Program-made: the position numbers and the translations under genes
Notes under the pieces: model-generated
Databases searched by the model: none
Seen by the model: the letters and a program-made list of their open reading frames with translations, nothing else
Told to the model about the DNA's origin: nothing
DNA from: Desulfobacterales bacterium
GTDB taxonomy: Bacteria > Desulfobacterota > Desulfobacteria > Desulfobacterales > UBA5852
Assembly (NCBI GenBank): GCA_963674755.2
Contig: CAXXVS010000002.1
Span: forward strand, 896,001 to 960,000
DNA length: 64,000 bases
Direction: 5' to 3'
In this document: one piece after another, positions 49,000 through 58,031 of the stretch
Position numbering within the stretch: the first letter of the stretch is position 1
Layout: each line of letters opens with the position of its first letter

Positions 49000-50067
49000 A
49001 TGCCATTTCGGAACGAAAATATCGCCATGTGGGCCTTGACGAGCAGCGGCGCGCGCCTGGGGAGGGAATTGCAGACCCATTTCCCGGGCAGCCATCTTTT
49101 TCTGGGATCGAAGACCGCGCACCAGGAGGGGGCCCACCGCTTCGACCGCCTGGCCGATGCATTGCCCCGGCAGTTTGCCCGTTTTGACGGCCATATCTTT
49201 ATCATGGCGGCCGGCATCGTGGTGCGCTCCCTGGCGCCCCTGTTAGATCATAAGACCACCGATCCGGCCGTGGTGGTGGTGGACGAATGCGGCCGCCATG
49301 CCATCAGCCTCCTTTCCGGCCACCTGGGCGGGGCCAACGCCTTGGCCCGCCGAATCGGAACATGCATCGGCGCACGGCCGGTCATTACCACGGCCACCGA
49401 CCTCCGGGAGGTGCCGGCCATCGACCTCATCGCCCAGGCAAAGGGGTTGATCATTGAAAACCCGGCGGCGATCCGGCATGTGAGTATGACCCTGCTCGAA
49501 GGCCGCCGTGTTCGCCTGTACGACCCCCAGGGATGGCTTGACGGGGCCCTGCCCCGCGAGGGATTCCAAGTGCTCACCCCCAGCGAATCCTCTGACGATG
49601 GGGGGCCGGACCGGGTCGGCCCCGGGGTCTGGATCGACGACATTCGCATTGACCTGCCCGATGAAATCCTGGTATTGCGACCCCCATCGTTGTTTGTGGG
49701 GGTGGGGTGCAACCGGAACACACCAGGAGAAGAGATCCAGGATCTGCTCCATCGGGTGCTGAATGATTACCATCTGGCAGCCGCCAGTATTGCCGGGTTG
49801 GCCAGCATCGATCTGAAGGCCGATGAAGAAGGACTGCTGGCCCTGGCGCAATCCCTGTCACGGCCACTGGTCTTTTTCTCCAGGGACCAACTGGCAACGG
49901 TCCGGGAAATTCCCACCCCTTCGAAGGTGGTCCAAAAACACGTAGGAGTCGAGAGCGTATGCGAAGCAGCGGCCATTCTGGCCTCGGGCAACGGAACTCT
50001 GATCGCCCCCAAACAGGTGACCCCCAACGCGACCATCGCGATAGCCCGCCAACCCTTTATATCGTAG
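49000..50067 (+). CDS. cbiG: Cobalt-precorrin-5A hydrolase
   Basis: GIVVR, DPAVVVVD, LSGHLGGAN, VITTATD, GVGC, SVCEAAA. Confidence 0.9.
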   Translation: MPFRNENIAMWALTSSGARLGRELQTHFPGSHLFLGSKTAHQEGAHRFDRLADALPRQFARFDGHIFIMAAGIVVRSLAPLLDHKTTDPAVVVVDECGRHAISLLSGHLGGANALARRIGTCIGARPVITTATDLREVPAIDLIAQAKGLIIENPAAIRHVSMTLLEGRRVRLYDPQGWLDGALPREGFQVLTPSESSDDGGPDRVGPGVWIDDIRIDLPDEILVLRPPSLFVGVGCNRNTPGEEIQDLLHRVLNDYHLAAASIAGLASIDLKADEEGLLALAQSLSRPLVFFSRDQLATVREIPTPSKVVQKHVGVESVCEAAAILASGNGTLIAPKQVTPNATIAIARQPFIS

Positions 50068-50834
50068 GCCTTGGGCCCGGGGCCCTGGAGCATCTTTCAT
50101 CACGCGCGCGGGAGGTGCTGGCGGCCTCTGACACCATCGTGGGCTACACCACCTATATTGAGCTTATCCAGCCCCTCATCAAAGGCAAACAGGTCATCAG
50201 CACCGGCATGACCCGGGAGGTGGACCGTGTGGAAGCCGGCATCAACGCCGCGCTCCAGGGAAGTACCACCGCGGTGGTATCCAGCGGTGATGCCGGCATC
50301 TATGCCATGGCCGGACTGATTCTCGAAATCTGCCAGAAGCGCGGCCTGCTGCTGGCCCGAACCGCGGGGAAGGGGAATAAAGACGCCCTTCAGATTGACA
50401 TTATTCCTGGCATCCCGGCCCTGGCCGCTGGCGCCTCCCTTCTGGGGGCCCCCCTGACCCACGATTTTGCGGTAATCAGCCTGAGCGACCTGCTGACCCC
50501 CTGGGAGACCATTACCCGGCGCCTGACAGCCGCCGCCCAGGCCGATTTCGTCATTGTCATTTACAACCCCAAAAGCCGGCGGCGCCAGGATCACCTTGCA
50601 CGGGCCTGTGAGATTATCGGCCGCTACCGCGGCCCGGATACACCGGCCGGCATTGTAACCGGGGCGTCCCGGCCCAATCAGCGCGTGGCGGTCACCACCC
50701 TGGCGGAACTGCCCAATGCGGCGGTGGACATGCAGACCATCCTGTTCATCGGCAATTCGAGCACCTCGACCTACGAGGGGTTCATGGTGACACCGCGGGG
50801 CTATGCCCGTAAATACAATATGGAAGGCCAATGA
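49959..50834 (+). CDS. cbiH: Precorrin-3B C17-methyltransferase (true start uncertain)
   Basis: LYIVGLGPG, SSGDAGIYAMAG, ISLSDLLTPW, YNPKS, TPRGY. Confidence 0.9.
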   Translation: MRSSGHSGLGQRNSDRPQTGDPQRDHRDSPPTLYIVGLGPGALEHLSSRAREVLAASDTIVGYTTYIELIQPLIKGKQVISTGMTREVDRVEAGINAALQGSTTAVVSSGDAGIYAMAGLILEICQKRGLLLARTAGKGNKDALQIDIIPGIPALAAGASLLGAPLTHDFAVISLSDLLTPWETITRRLTAAAQADFVIVIYNPKSRRRQDHLARACEIIGRYRGPDTPAGIVTGASRPNQRVAVTTLAELPNAAVDMQTILFIGNSSTSTYEGFMVTPRGYARKYNMEGQ

Positions 50835-50877
50835 GAGCGCATCGGATCCCCCTGCAACCGCTTCCGAGGAACCGGTC

Positions 50878-51426
50878 ATGACAAACCAGGATATCCGCAC
50901 CATGGCTCCCCAGAAAGGCCGTGTCCATGTCTACACCGGCAATGGCAAGGGAAAAACCACGGCCGCCCTGGGCCTTTGTCTGCGGGCGGTGGGCGCCGGC
51001 TATCGCGTCTATATTGCCCAGTTCATGAAAGCGGGAACTTACAGCGAGCTCAAGGCCCTTAAACAGCTGGGCGATCAGGTCACGGTGGAACAGTTCGGGA
51101 GCGGCCGGTTCGTAAGGGGGACGCCTTCGGAGGAAGACCGGAAAAAATCCCGGGAGGGATTTCAGGCGGTAATGGCCGCCCTTATCAGTGGCGGCTATCA
51201 GATGGTCATTATCGATGAATGTATGGTGGCTTTTCATCAGGGACTTCTGTCACAGGCACAGCTGCAGTCCATCCTGGACCAGCGGCCGGCGGCCGTGGAA
51301 TTGATCCTGACCGGGCGCCATGCCCCCGCCGACGTGATCGCCCAAGCCGATCTGGTGACCGACATGCAAGAGGTGAAGCACTATTTCCACAAGGGTATTA
51401 CAGCGAGGGACGGCATTGAAAAATAA
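50878..51426 (+). CDS. cobO: Cob(I)alamin adenosyltransferase (CobO/BtuR)
   Basis: YTGNGKGKTTAALG, QFMK, LILTGR, ADLVT, GIE. Confidence 0.9.
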   Translation: MTNQDIRTMAPQKGRVHVYTGNGKGKTTAALGLCLRAVGAGYRVYIAQFMKAGTYSELKALKQLGDQVTVEQFGSGRFVRGTPSEEDRKKSREGFQAVMAALISGGYQMVIIDECMVAFHQGLLSQAQLQSILDQRPAAVELILTGRHAPADVIAQADLVTDMQEVKHYFHKGITARDGIEK

Positions 51427-52915
51427 AACGCCCGCAAGCTGCCTGGCGGTTTTCGGAACCGGTTCGGATGTGGGCAAAAGCGTTGTCACCACCGGCATCT
51501 GCCGCTCGCTCCAGCGCCGCGGCATTCGTGTGGCCCCCTACAAGGCCCAGAACATGTCCAACAATTCAGGGGTTAGCCCGGAAGGCCTGGAGATGGGGCG
51601 GGCCCAGATTGCCCAGGCGGAAGCCTGCGGTCTGCCGCCCCAGGTGGATATGAACCCTATTTTGCTGAAACCCACCAGCGAGGTGGGCTCCCAGGTGGTA
51701 CTGCTGGGGGAGGCCCTTTCCAATCAAACCGCAACGGAGTACCACCGCAACAAGGAGCGCCTCTACCAGACGGCCTGCGGTGCGCTTGATCGCCTGCGGG
51801 AGCGCTTCGAGGTCGTTGTGATGGAAGGGGCCGGATCCTGTGCCGAGGTCAACCTGGCGGCCCACGACATCGTCAACTTCCGCATGGCCGAACATGCCGG
51901 GGCCCCGGTCATCCTGGTGGCCGACATCCACCGGGGCGGCGTGTTCGCCCAGATCGTGGGCACCCTGGCCTGCCTGGAGGAAGAACGCCGGCAGCGGGTG
52001 GCAGGCTTCATTGTCAATCGCTTCCGGGGGGACATAGACCTTTTCAGCGACGGTGTGGACTGGATCGAGCAACATACCGGCAAACCTGTTTTCGGCGTTT
52101 TGCCCTGGTACCGGCATTTCGTCATCGACCAGGAAGACTCCGTGGTCATCGAACAGCCACAACGGGTGACACCCCATACCGACGGCGGCGCTCTGGTGGG
52201 CGTGATCCGCATACCGCACATCTCCAATTTCACGGATTTCGATCCCTTGCAAGCAGTGGAGGGACTGGGCGTTCATTTCCTGGAAAAGGTCCAGCCCCTG
52301 GATGGTTTTCAGGCCGTGATCCTGCCCGGCTCGAAAAACACCCGAGCCGACCTACGCTGGCTCTTTGAGAACGGGTGGGCGGATACCATTCAGCGTTTTG
52401 TGGCGAATGGCGGCCATGCGTTGGGGATCTGCGGGGGATACCAGATGATGGGGGAGACGGTCTACGATCCTGACGGATTGGAAGGTCGTCCCGGTAAAAC
52501 CGCCGGACTGGCGCTGCTGCCGGTGGAAACGGTCCTGCAGGCCCCCAAGACCACCACCCTAACCCGTTTTAAATGGGGGGGCACCGAGGGCCTGGGCTAT
52601 GAAATCCACATGGGCCAGACCCGCCGGCCCCACGGCGATCCAGCCCTGCTCGAAGTGCTCACGCGCAACGAAGCCACCGATCCGGACGAAGACGGCTGCC
52701 AATCAGCCCGGGGGTGCGCCATGGGCACCTACCTGCACGGTTTTTTCGACACGCCTGGTATCATCCGCCAATGGCTGAGCACCATCGGATTGGACCATCT
52801 GGCAGTGGGGGCATTGCAGGGGCCCGCCGCCCGCCAAAAAGCCTACGACGCCCTGGCCGACCATATGGAAACCTATTTGGACATGGCGGCCATTAGTGCT
52901 CTGATGGAAAGATAG
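51416..52915 (+). CDS. cobQ: Cobyric acid synthase
   Basis: GTGSDVGKS, KAQNMS, MNPILLKP, EGAGS, GICGGYQM, GYEIH, GTYLHG; TTG start. Confidence 0.93.
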   Translation: MKNKTPASCLAVFGTGSDVGKSVVTTGICRSLQRRGIRVAPYKAQNMSNNSGVSPEGLEMGRAQIAQAEACGLPPQVDMNPILLKPTSEVGSQVVLLGEALSNQTATEYHRNKERLYQTACGALDRLRERFEVVVMEGAGSCAEVNLAAHDIVNFRMAEHAGAPVILVADIHRGGVFAQIVGTLACLEEERRQRVAGFIVNRFRGDIDLFSDGVDWIEQHTGKPVFGVLPWYRHFVIDQEDSVVIEQPQRVTPHTDGGALVGVIRIPHISNFTDFDPLQAVEGLGVHFLEKVQPLDGFQAVILPGSKNTRADLRWLFENGWADTIQRFVANGGHALGICGGYQMMGETVYDPDGLEGRPGKTAGLALLPVETVLQAPKTTTLTRFKWGGTEGLGYEIHMGQTRRPHGDPALLEVLTRNEATDPDEDGCQSARGCAMGTYLHGFFDTPGIIRQWLSTIGLDHLAVGALQGPAARQKAYDALADHMETYLDMAAISALMER

Positions 52916-52966
52916 TTATTTAATGTATAACCTCATGAATAAGTGAAAAAATAGCTGAAATATAAG

Positions 52967-53515
52967 ATGATAGAATTTTATACAGGAGGGTGCCGAAGCG
53001 GCAAGAGCAGGGCGGCCCTGGAACGGGCCGATCAGATCGGCGCCCACCGCAAACTGTTCATCGCCACCTGCCAGCCTTTGGACGGGGAAATGCGGGCCCG
53101 TATTAAACGCCATCGGCAGGAGCGGGACCGGATCTGGGAAACGCTTGAGGAGCCCATTGATATCGCAAACCTTATCCGTACCCACAGCGAGCCGCAGACC
53201 GTGATTCTGGTGGATTGTCTGACCCTCTGGTTGACCAACCTGATCCTCCAGGATGTGGACGACGCTGCGCTTCAGCGACGAATCGAAACCCTTGCAGACA
53301 GTTTGTCCGACGCCCATGGACCGGTCCTGCTGGTGGCCAATGAAGTTGGCCTGGGTATCGTGCCGGAAAATGCCATGAGCCGTCGTTTTCGGGATTGGGC
53401 CGGAAGCCTCAATCAGAGGGTGGCCCAATGCGCCCAACGGGTGGTTTGGACCGTGGCCGGCATTCCGGTCCAAATCAAGGCTCCCGAATCCCCGGGATCT
53501 GCCTCAGCGCCATGA
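52967..53515 (+). CDS. cobU: Adenosylcobinamide kinase / guanylyltransferase
   Basis: GG.RSGKS, DCLTLW, NEVGLG, FRD. Confidence 0.92.
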   Translation: MIEFYTGGCRSGKSRAALERADQIGAHRKLFIATCQPLDGEMRARIKRHRQERDRIWETLEEPIDIANLIRTHSEPQTVILVDCLTLWLTNLILQDVDDAALQRRIETLADSLSDAHGPVLLVANEVGLGIVPENAMSRRFRDWAGSLNQRVAQCAQRVVWTVAGIPVQIKAPESPGSASAP

Positions 53516-54237
53516 AATCGTTTATCGCGGCCATCCAGTTTTTGACCATCCTGCCGTTGGGCCCCAAGGGCACCTATGCCCCACGGGCCATGATCCCCTG
53601 GTTTCCGGTGGTGGGCCTCCTGATGGGGGTGATGCTGGCCCTTTTCGACATCATTGTGTCGAACTTGTGGGCGCCTCCGGCCGCGGCGGTTCTCGATGTG
53701 ATCCTCCTCATGGTTCTGACCGGGGCCCTGCACCTGGACGGATTAGGGGACACGGCCGACGGCCTCTACGGCCACCGGCCGCAGGCCCGTGCCCTGGAAA
53801 TCATGAAGGACAGTCGCATCGGCGCCATGGCCCTGGTGACCGTCGTGGCTGCCTTGATGATGAAATGGAGCGGTCTGGCCGGGGTGGCGCAGCACCGTTT
53901 TCTTGTGCTGGCCTTGGTACCGGCCTATGCCCGGGGCGCCATGCTTTTCGGCATTCGCGCCCTGCCTTACGGCCGCAGCAGCGGCACAGGCTACGATCTT
54001 TTTGCAGCGCCCCTGGGAGTTCGCGATTTCAGCGGCCTTATGGCCGTGGCCGGCCTATCGTTGCTGCTGGGCTGGCCGGCCCTGATCCTCAACCTGGTCT
54101 ATCTTTTTCTGGTCTGGGGAACGTTGATCTATTACCGCCGCAAATTGGGCTGCATTACCGGCGATATGCTGGGTGCCATGGCGGAAGTGACGGAAAGCGT
54201 GCTCTTTTTCCTGATGGCCATGGAGGTCTGGCGATGA
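53512..54237 (+). CDS. cobS: Cobamide synthase
   Basis: QFLTILP, GALHLDGLGDTADG, IMKDSRIG, TGDMLGA. Confidence 0.92.
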   Translation: MKSFIAAIQFLTILPLGPKGTYAPRAMIPWFPVVGLLMGVMLALFDIIVSNLWAPPAAAVLDVILLMVLTGALHLDGLGDTADGLYGHRPQARALEIMKDSRIGAMALVTVVAALMMKWSGLAGVAQHRFLVLALVPAYARGAMLFGIRALPYGRSSGTGYDLFAAPLGVRDFSGLMAVAGLSLLLGWPALILNLVYLFLVWGTLIYYRRKLGCITGDMLGAMAEVTESVLFFLMAMEVWR

Positions 54238-55319
54238 TCCGCGGTCACGGCGGCAATACCCATGATCTGGCCCGGGCCCTGGGATGCCCGCTGGACGCCA
54301 TCATCGATATGAGCAGCAATGTCAATCCCTTTGGTCCGCCGTCCGACCTGTTGACCCACCTGAAAGAGCGGCTTTTGCGAATTGGTGCCTTGCCCGAAGT
54401 GGATGGCCGCTCGGCTGTGGAGCGGTTTGCCGGTCACTGGGGCATCCCCCCCGAAGAGGTGGTCATCGGAAGCGGCACCACCCAGCTGATCTATGATCTG
54501 CCCTGGGCGCTGAATACCCGGCGGGCTTTGATCATCGGGCCGACCTATGCGGACTACCGTGACGGCTGCCTGCGCAACAAGGTCGATTGCGACTTCTGGC
54601 TGGCCCGGGAGGAAAACGGCTTTCAACCGGACGCAAACGCCATCCGGGAGGCCCTGGCGGGATTCGATACGGTCTATATCTGCAATCCCAACAATCCCAC
54701 CGGCGCCCTGATGCCCTGGAAAACGCTCACAACGCTCTGCCGGCAGTTTCCCGACATCCATTTTGTGGTCGATGAGTCCTATCTGCCCTTCGTGGACACC
54801 CCTGAGCAAATATCGCTTTTGACCGATCGTCCGTCCAACGTGGTGGTGCTGCACTCTCTGTCGAAAATTTTTCGCATTCCGGGTCTGCGGATCGGTTTTG
54901 CCGTGGGCGAGGCCGGGATCATTAAACGCCTGCGGGATCGTGCGCTTCCCTGGAACGTCAACAGTCTGGCCCTGGAGGCGTTTCACTACCTGCTGGATGA
55001 AGGCCAGGCCACGGCCATGGCACGTTTTGTCCAGGAAACGCGCACCCGCTTGACGGAGGAGCGTACCGCCATGATGGCGCGGTTGGCCGCTATCCCGGGC
55101 ATCCGCCTGTTTGCGAGCACCACCGGCTTTTTTGTGGTCCGTCTTCCGGAGTCCCACCGGTCGGAGGCGGTTTGCCGGCGGTTGGCCGCGGAGAAGATCC
55201 TGGTGCGGGACTGCGCCAACTTCAAGGGCCTGTCCGAGCGGTTTATCCGGATCTCCCTCCAGGACAGCGCCACCAACCATCAATGCGCCGCGATTTTAGA
55301 AGCGATTTTAACCCGTTGA
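54234..55319 (+). CDS. cobD: Threonine-phosphate decarboxylase
   Basis: HGGN, SSNVNP, CNPNNPTG, DESY, SLSK...PGLRIG. Confidence 0.9.
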   Translation: MIRGHGGNTHDLARALGCPLDAIIDMSSNVNPFGPPSDLLTHLKERLLRIGALPEVDGRSAVERFAGHWGIPPEEVVIGSGTTQLIYDLPWALNTRRALIIGPTYADYRDGCLRNKVDCDFWLAREENGFQPDANAIREALAGFDTVYICNPNNPTGALMPWKTLTTLCRQFPDIHFVVDESYLPFVDTPEQISLLTDRPSNVVVLHSLSKIFRIPGLRIGFAVGEAGIIKRLRDRALPWNVNSLALEAFHYLLDEGQATAMARFVQETRTRLTEERTAMMARLAAIPGIRLFASTTGFFVVRLPESHRSEAVCRRLAAEKILVRDCANFKGLSERFIRISLQDSATNHQCAAILEAILTR

Positions 55320-55358
55320 TGAATTGCCAGCCGACAATGACCGACTTGTTCTTGCGCC

Positions 55359-56342
55359 ATGACGGAGCCCATGCTGGTTGACCCTTCAATGCTTTTGGCC
55401 CTGGCAATGCCGCTGGCTTTCATCCTGGATTTTTTCCTGGGCGATCCGCCGCGGCTGCCCCATCCCATCCGCTGGATGGGGCGGGCCATCGAGCGGGGGG
55501 AACCGTATTTCCGGAATTTCAGCATTCCCCTGAAATGGAGCGGTTTGTGGTTCACGGTCACCCTGGTGGCGGCGACCTGGGGCTTGGCTCAACTTCTCCT
55601 ATGGCTGGCATGGTCCATTAATCCCTGGCTGGGCGGATTGATCAACCTGCTGATGATCTATTATGCCCTGGCCGTCCGGTCCCTGCAGGACGCCGCGTTG
55701 ATGGTTGCCCGGTCACTCGGGCAGGACGATCTCCCCCTGGCCCGTCGGCGGGTGTCCATGATCGTGGGGCGGGAAACCGATGGCCTGGATCAGGAAGGGG
55801 TCGGGCGGGCCGCTGTCGAAACTGTGGCCGAAAACCTGGTGGACGGCGTCGTGGCGCCCCTTTGCTATGCCGCTTTGGGGGGCGGCCCGCTGGCCCTGGC
55901 TTACAAGATGGTGAATACCCTGGATTCCATGGTGGGGTATAAAAACGACCGTTACCGCGATTTCGGTTGGGCGTCCGCCCGGCTCGACGATGGGGCCAAC
56001 TGGCTCCCGGCGCGTTTGGCGGTGCCGCTCGTGGCCTTGGCGGCAGTTTGGTTGAACGGGCGCTGGCGGGAAGCCCTGGCCATCGTCTGGCGCGACGGGC
56101 GCAAGCACACCAGTCCCAATGCCGGCCTGTCCGAAGCGGCGTTTGCCGGTGCGCTTGCCATACGCCTGGGCGGTCCCAACCGCTACCATGGCATGCTGGT
56201 GGACAAACCCTGGATCGGGGAGGAATTCGGCGCCGTGACCGTCGCGGATGTTCAGCGCTCCTGCGATCTCATGCTGCTGACCGCGGTCGGGGCCTTGATC
56301 GTGCTGTGGGGTCTGGCCATGGCCGCCGCGCTTCTTTTTTAA
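55359..56342 (+). CDS. cbiB: Adenosylcobinamide-phosphate synthase
   Basis: GDP...HPI, ETVAENLVDG, NTLDSMVGY, SPNAG. Confidence 0.92.
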   Translation: MTEPMLVDPSMLLALAMPLAFILDFFLGDPPRLPHPIRWMGRAIERGEPYFRNFSIPLKWSGLWFTVTLVAATWGLAQLLLWLAWSINPWLGGLINLLMIYYALAVRSLQDAALMVARSLGQDDLPLARRRVSMIVGRETDGLDQEGVGRAAVETVAENLVDGVVAPLCYAALGGGPLALAYKMVNTLDSMVGYKNDRYRDFGWASARLDDGANWLPARLAVPLVALAAVWLNGRWREALAIVWRDGRKHTSPNAGLSEAAFAGALAIRLGGPNRYHGMLVDKPWIGEEFGAVTVADVQRSCDLMLLTAVGALIVLWGLAMAAALLF

Positions 56343-56352
56343 GGAAGACCTG

Positions 56353-57162
56353 ATGCCCAGCGACCCGCCGATCCTGCCCCGCTCCTGGAAGCACCGCTGC
56401 CCTTTTCGTCTTGGTACCACCTCGTTCATCTATCCGGCCGGCTACCGGGAAAACGTGGTTCGCCTGGGGCCGTATCTCGATGAAATCGAACTTTTAATGT
56501 TCGAAAGCCAGCCTTCCAGCTGTCCCACCGAAGCGTTGGTGCACGATCTGCGGCGGCTGGGGGCGACACACGCACTCACCTACAATGTCCACCTGCCCAC
56601 CGATCTCAACTTAACCCATCCCAACGAACACGTCCGTCATCAATCCTGCCGGGTCTTAAAGGCTTTCGTGACGACGCTCGCCCCGTTAACCCCCACAGTT
56701 CACGTTCTTCATCTTTCGCCACCGGACCCGATTCACAGCGGAAAGGATCTTCTGGTCTGGCAACGCATGGCTGAAAATGCCTTGGAAAGCATTCTGAAAA
56801 CCGGTCTGTCCCCCCGCCGGCTGGCATTGGAGAATCTCTTTTTCCCTTTTGAATGGCTGACGCCCCTGGTGGAAGGATCCGATCTCGGAGTCTGCCTCGA
56901 TATCGGGCATCTGGCCCTTCAGAAGGCCGACCTGGAAGGGTTCCTGGCGAATTACGGCCATCGAATCGTAATCACCCACCTGCACGGCCTGTATCAAGGC
57001 AAGGATCACGCTCCCCTGGGAGGGTTGCCCCCGGGTTACCGGCCATTGCTCACCGAATGGCTTGGGCGTTTTGAAGGCAGCGTGTCCCTGGAAGTATTCG
57101 GATTCGAACCACTGCTGTCATCTCTCATCTGTTTGGATGACTGGATGTCACCGGCGGGCTGA
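56353..57162 (+). CDS. cbiR: Cobamide-remodelling phosphodiesterase CbiR (AP endonuclease 2 fold)
   Basis: LGTTSFIYP, IELLMFE, VHLP, LEN, CLDIGH, HLHG...DH, LEVF; last gene of the cob operon. Confidence 0.8.
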   Translation: MPSDPPILPRSWKHRCPFRLGTTSFIYPAGYRENVVRLGPYLDEIELLMFESQPSSCPTEALVHDLRRLGATHALTYNVHLPTDLNLTHPNEHVRHQSCRVLKAFVTTLAPLTPTVHVLHLSPPDPIHSGKDLLVWQRMAENALESILKTGLSPRRLALENLFFPFEWLTPLVEGSDLGVCLDIGHLALQKADLEGFLANYGHRIVITHLHGLYQGKDHAPLGGLPPGYRPLLTEWLGRFEGSVSLEVFGFEPLLSSLICLDDWMSPAG

Positions 57163-57219
57163 ACGGTTGGTCCAGGTCAAAGGGCAGGGGGCTAAAACCA
57201 GAGGGGCGCCCGGGAAGCG

Positions 57220-57822
57220 TCAGCGACGATTCGCATCCGTTTGGCCGGCAGCGGCCCCGGCCGCCAGAAACCGCGCCGCTTTTTTCTCGGAAACCGTTTC
57301 CAGCCCCAACATGGTCTGAACATTGAGACCGTCGATGGTGGTGATCAGCAGGTGGGCCAGGGTCTCAAGGTCGTCATGGGTCGGGAAAAGGCGAACCAGG
57401 GCTTCCAGGGCCCGGGCGTGCCAATAGGCATAGGTTTTCCGGTAGCGTTTGCGCAGATCTTCGTTGCCGTTCATGGCCTGACAAACCAGATTGAGGTGCA
57501 AGCGCATGCGAATCCGGTTGCGCTTGTGCTTGTGCAAAAGCCAGTAGATCAATTCTTCCGGTTGGGCTTTCCCGCTTCCGCTATCCATGAGGTCGAAGAT
57601 GAAATCGGTAATATCGCCCACATGTTTTTTGGCGATGTCGAAAATCAGGATTTCCTTGGTAGGGTAGTAGTAGTAAAGGGTCCCTTTGCTGATGCCGGCC
57701 GCCCGGGCGATGGCCGTCAAACTGAGCTCTTCCAGACCGCCCTCCACGAAGAGACGGCCGGCGGCGTCCACGATGGCATCCTTGCGACGAGATTGGCGTT
57801 TATGGCGTTTGCGCGTGTCCAT
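57220..57822 (-). CDS. TetR/AcrR-family regulator
   Basis: IARAAGISKGTLYYYYPTKE HTH. Confidence 0.92.
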   Translation of the reverse strand: MDTRKRHKRQSRRKDAIVDAAGRLFVEGGLEELSLTAIARAAGISKGTLYYYYPTKEILIFDIAKKHVGDITDFIFDLMDSGSGKAQPEELIYWLLHKHKRNRIRMRLHLNLVCQAMNGNEDLRKRYRKTYAYWHARALEALVRLFPTHDDLETLAHLLITTIDGLNVQTMLGLETVSEKKAARFLAAGAAAGQTDANRR

Positions 57823-57900
57823 ATCAGTGGGTTTCCAGGGTTTTCAAAAGGGGTGAAAATATAACAAAGATAGTTTATATTTATAATAAATACAAATATA

Positions 57901-57926
57901 TAATTTCAGCCGAACGGCTGAAATTA
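57901..57926. promoter_or_regulatory. Perfect inverted repeat, probable TetR operator
   Basis: TAATTTCAGCCG-AA-CGGCTGAAATTA between divergent tetR and aor. Confidence 0.65.
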
Positions 57927-58031
57927 ATGTTGACATTATCCATTGCCTGTGTCAACAGAATCTTAATGGCATTCATCATAACCTCGATAAGCCGCGGTTG
58001 ATCTATCCGGTCGGGCCGGTCGGGAGGCGCT

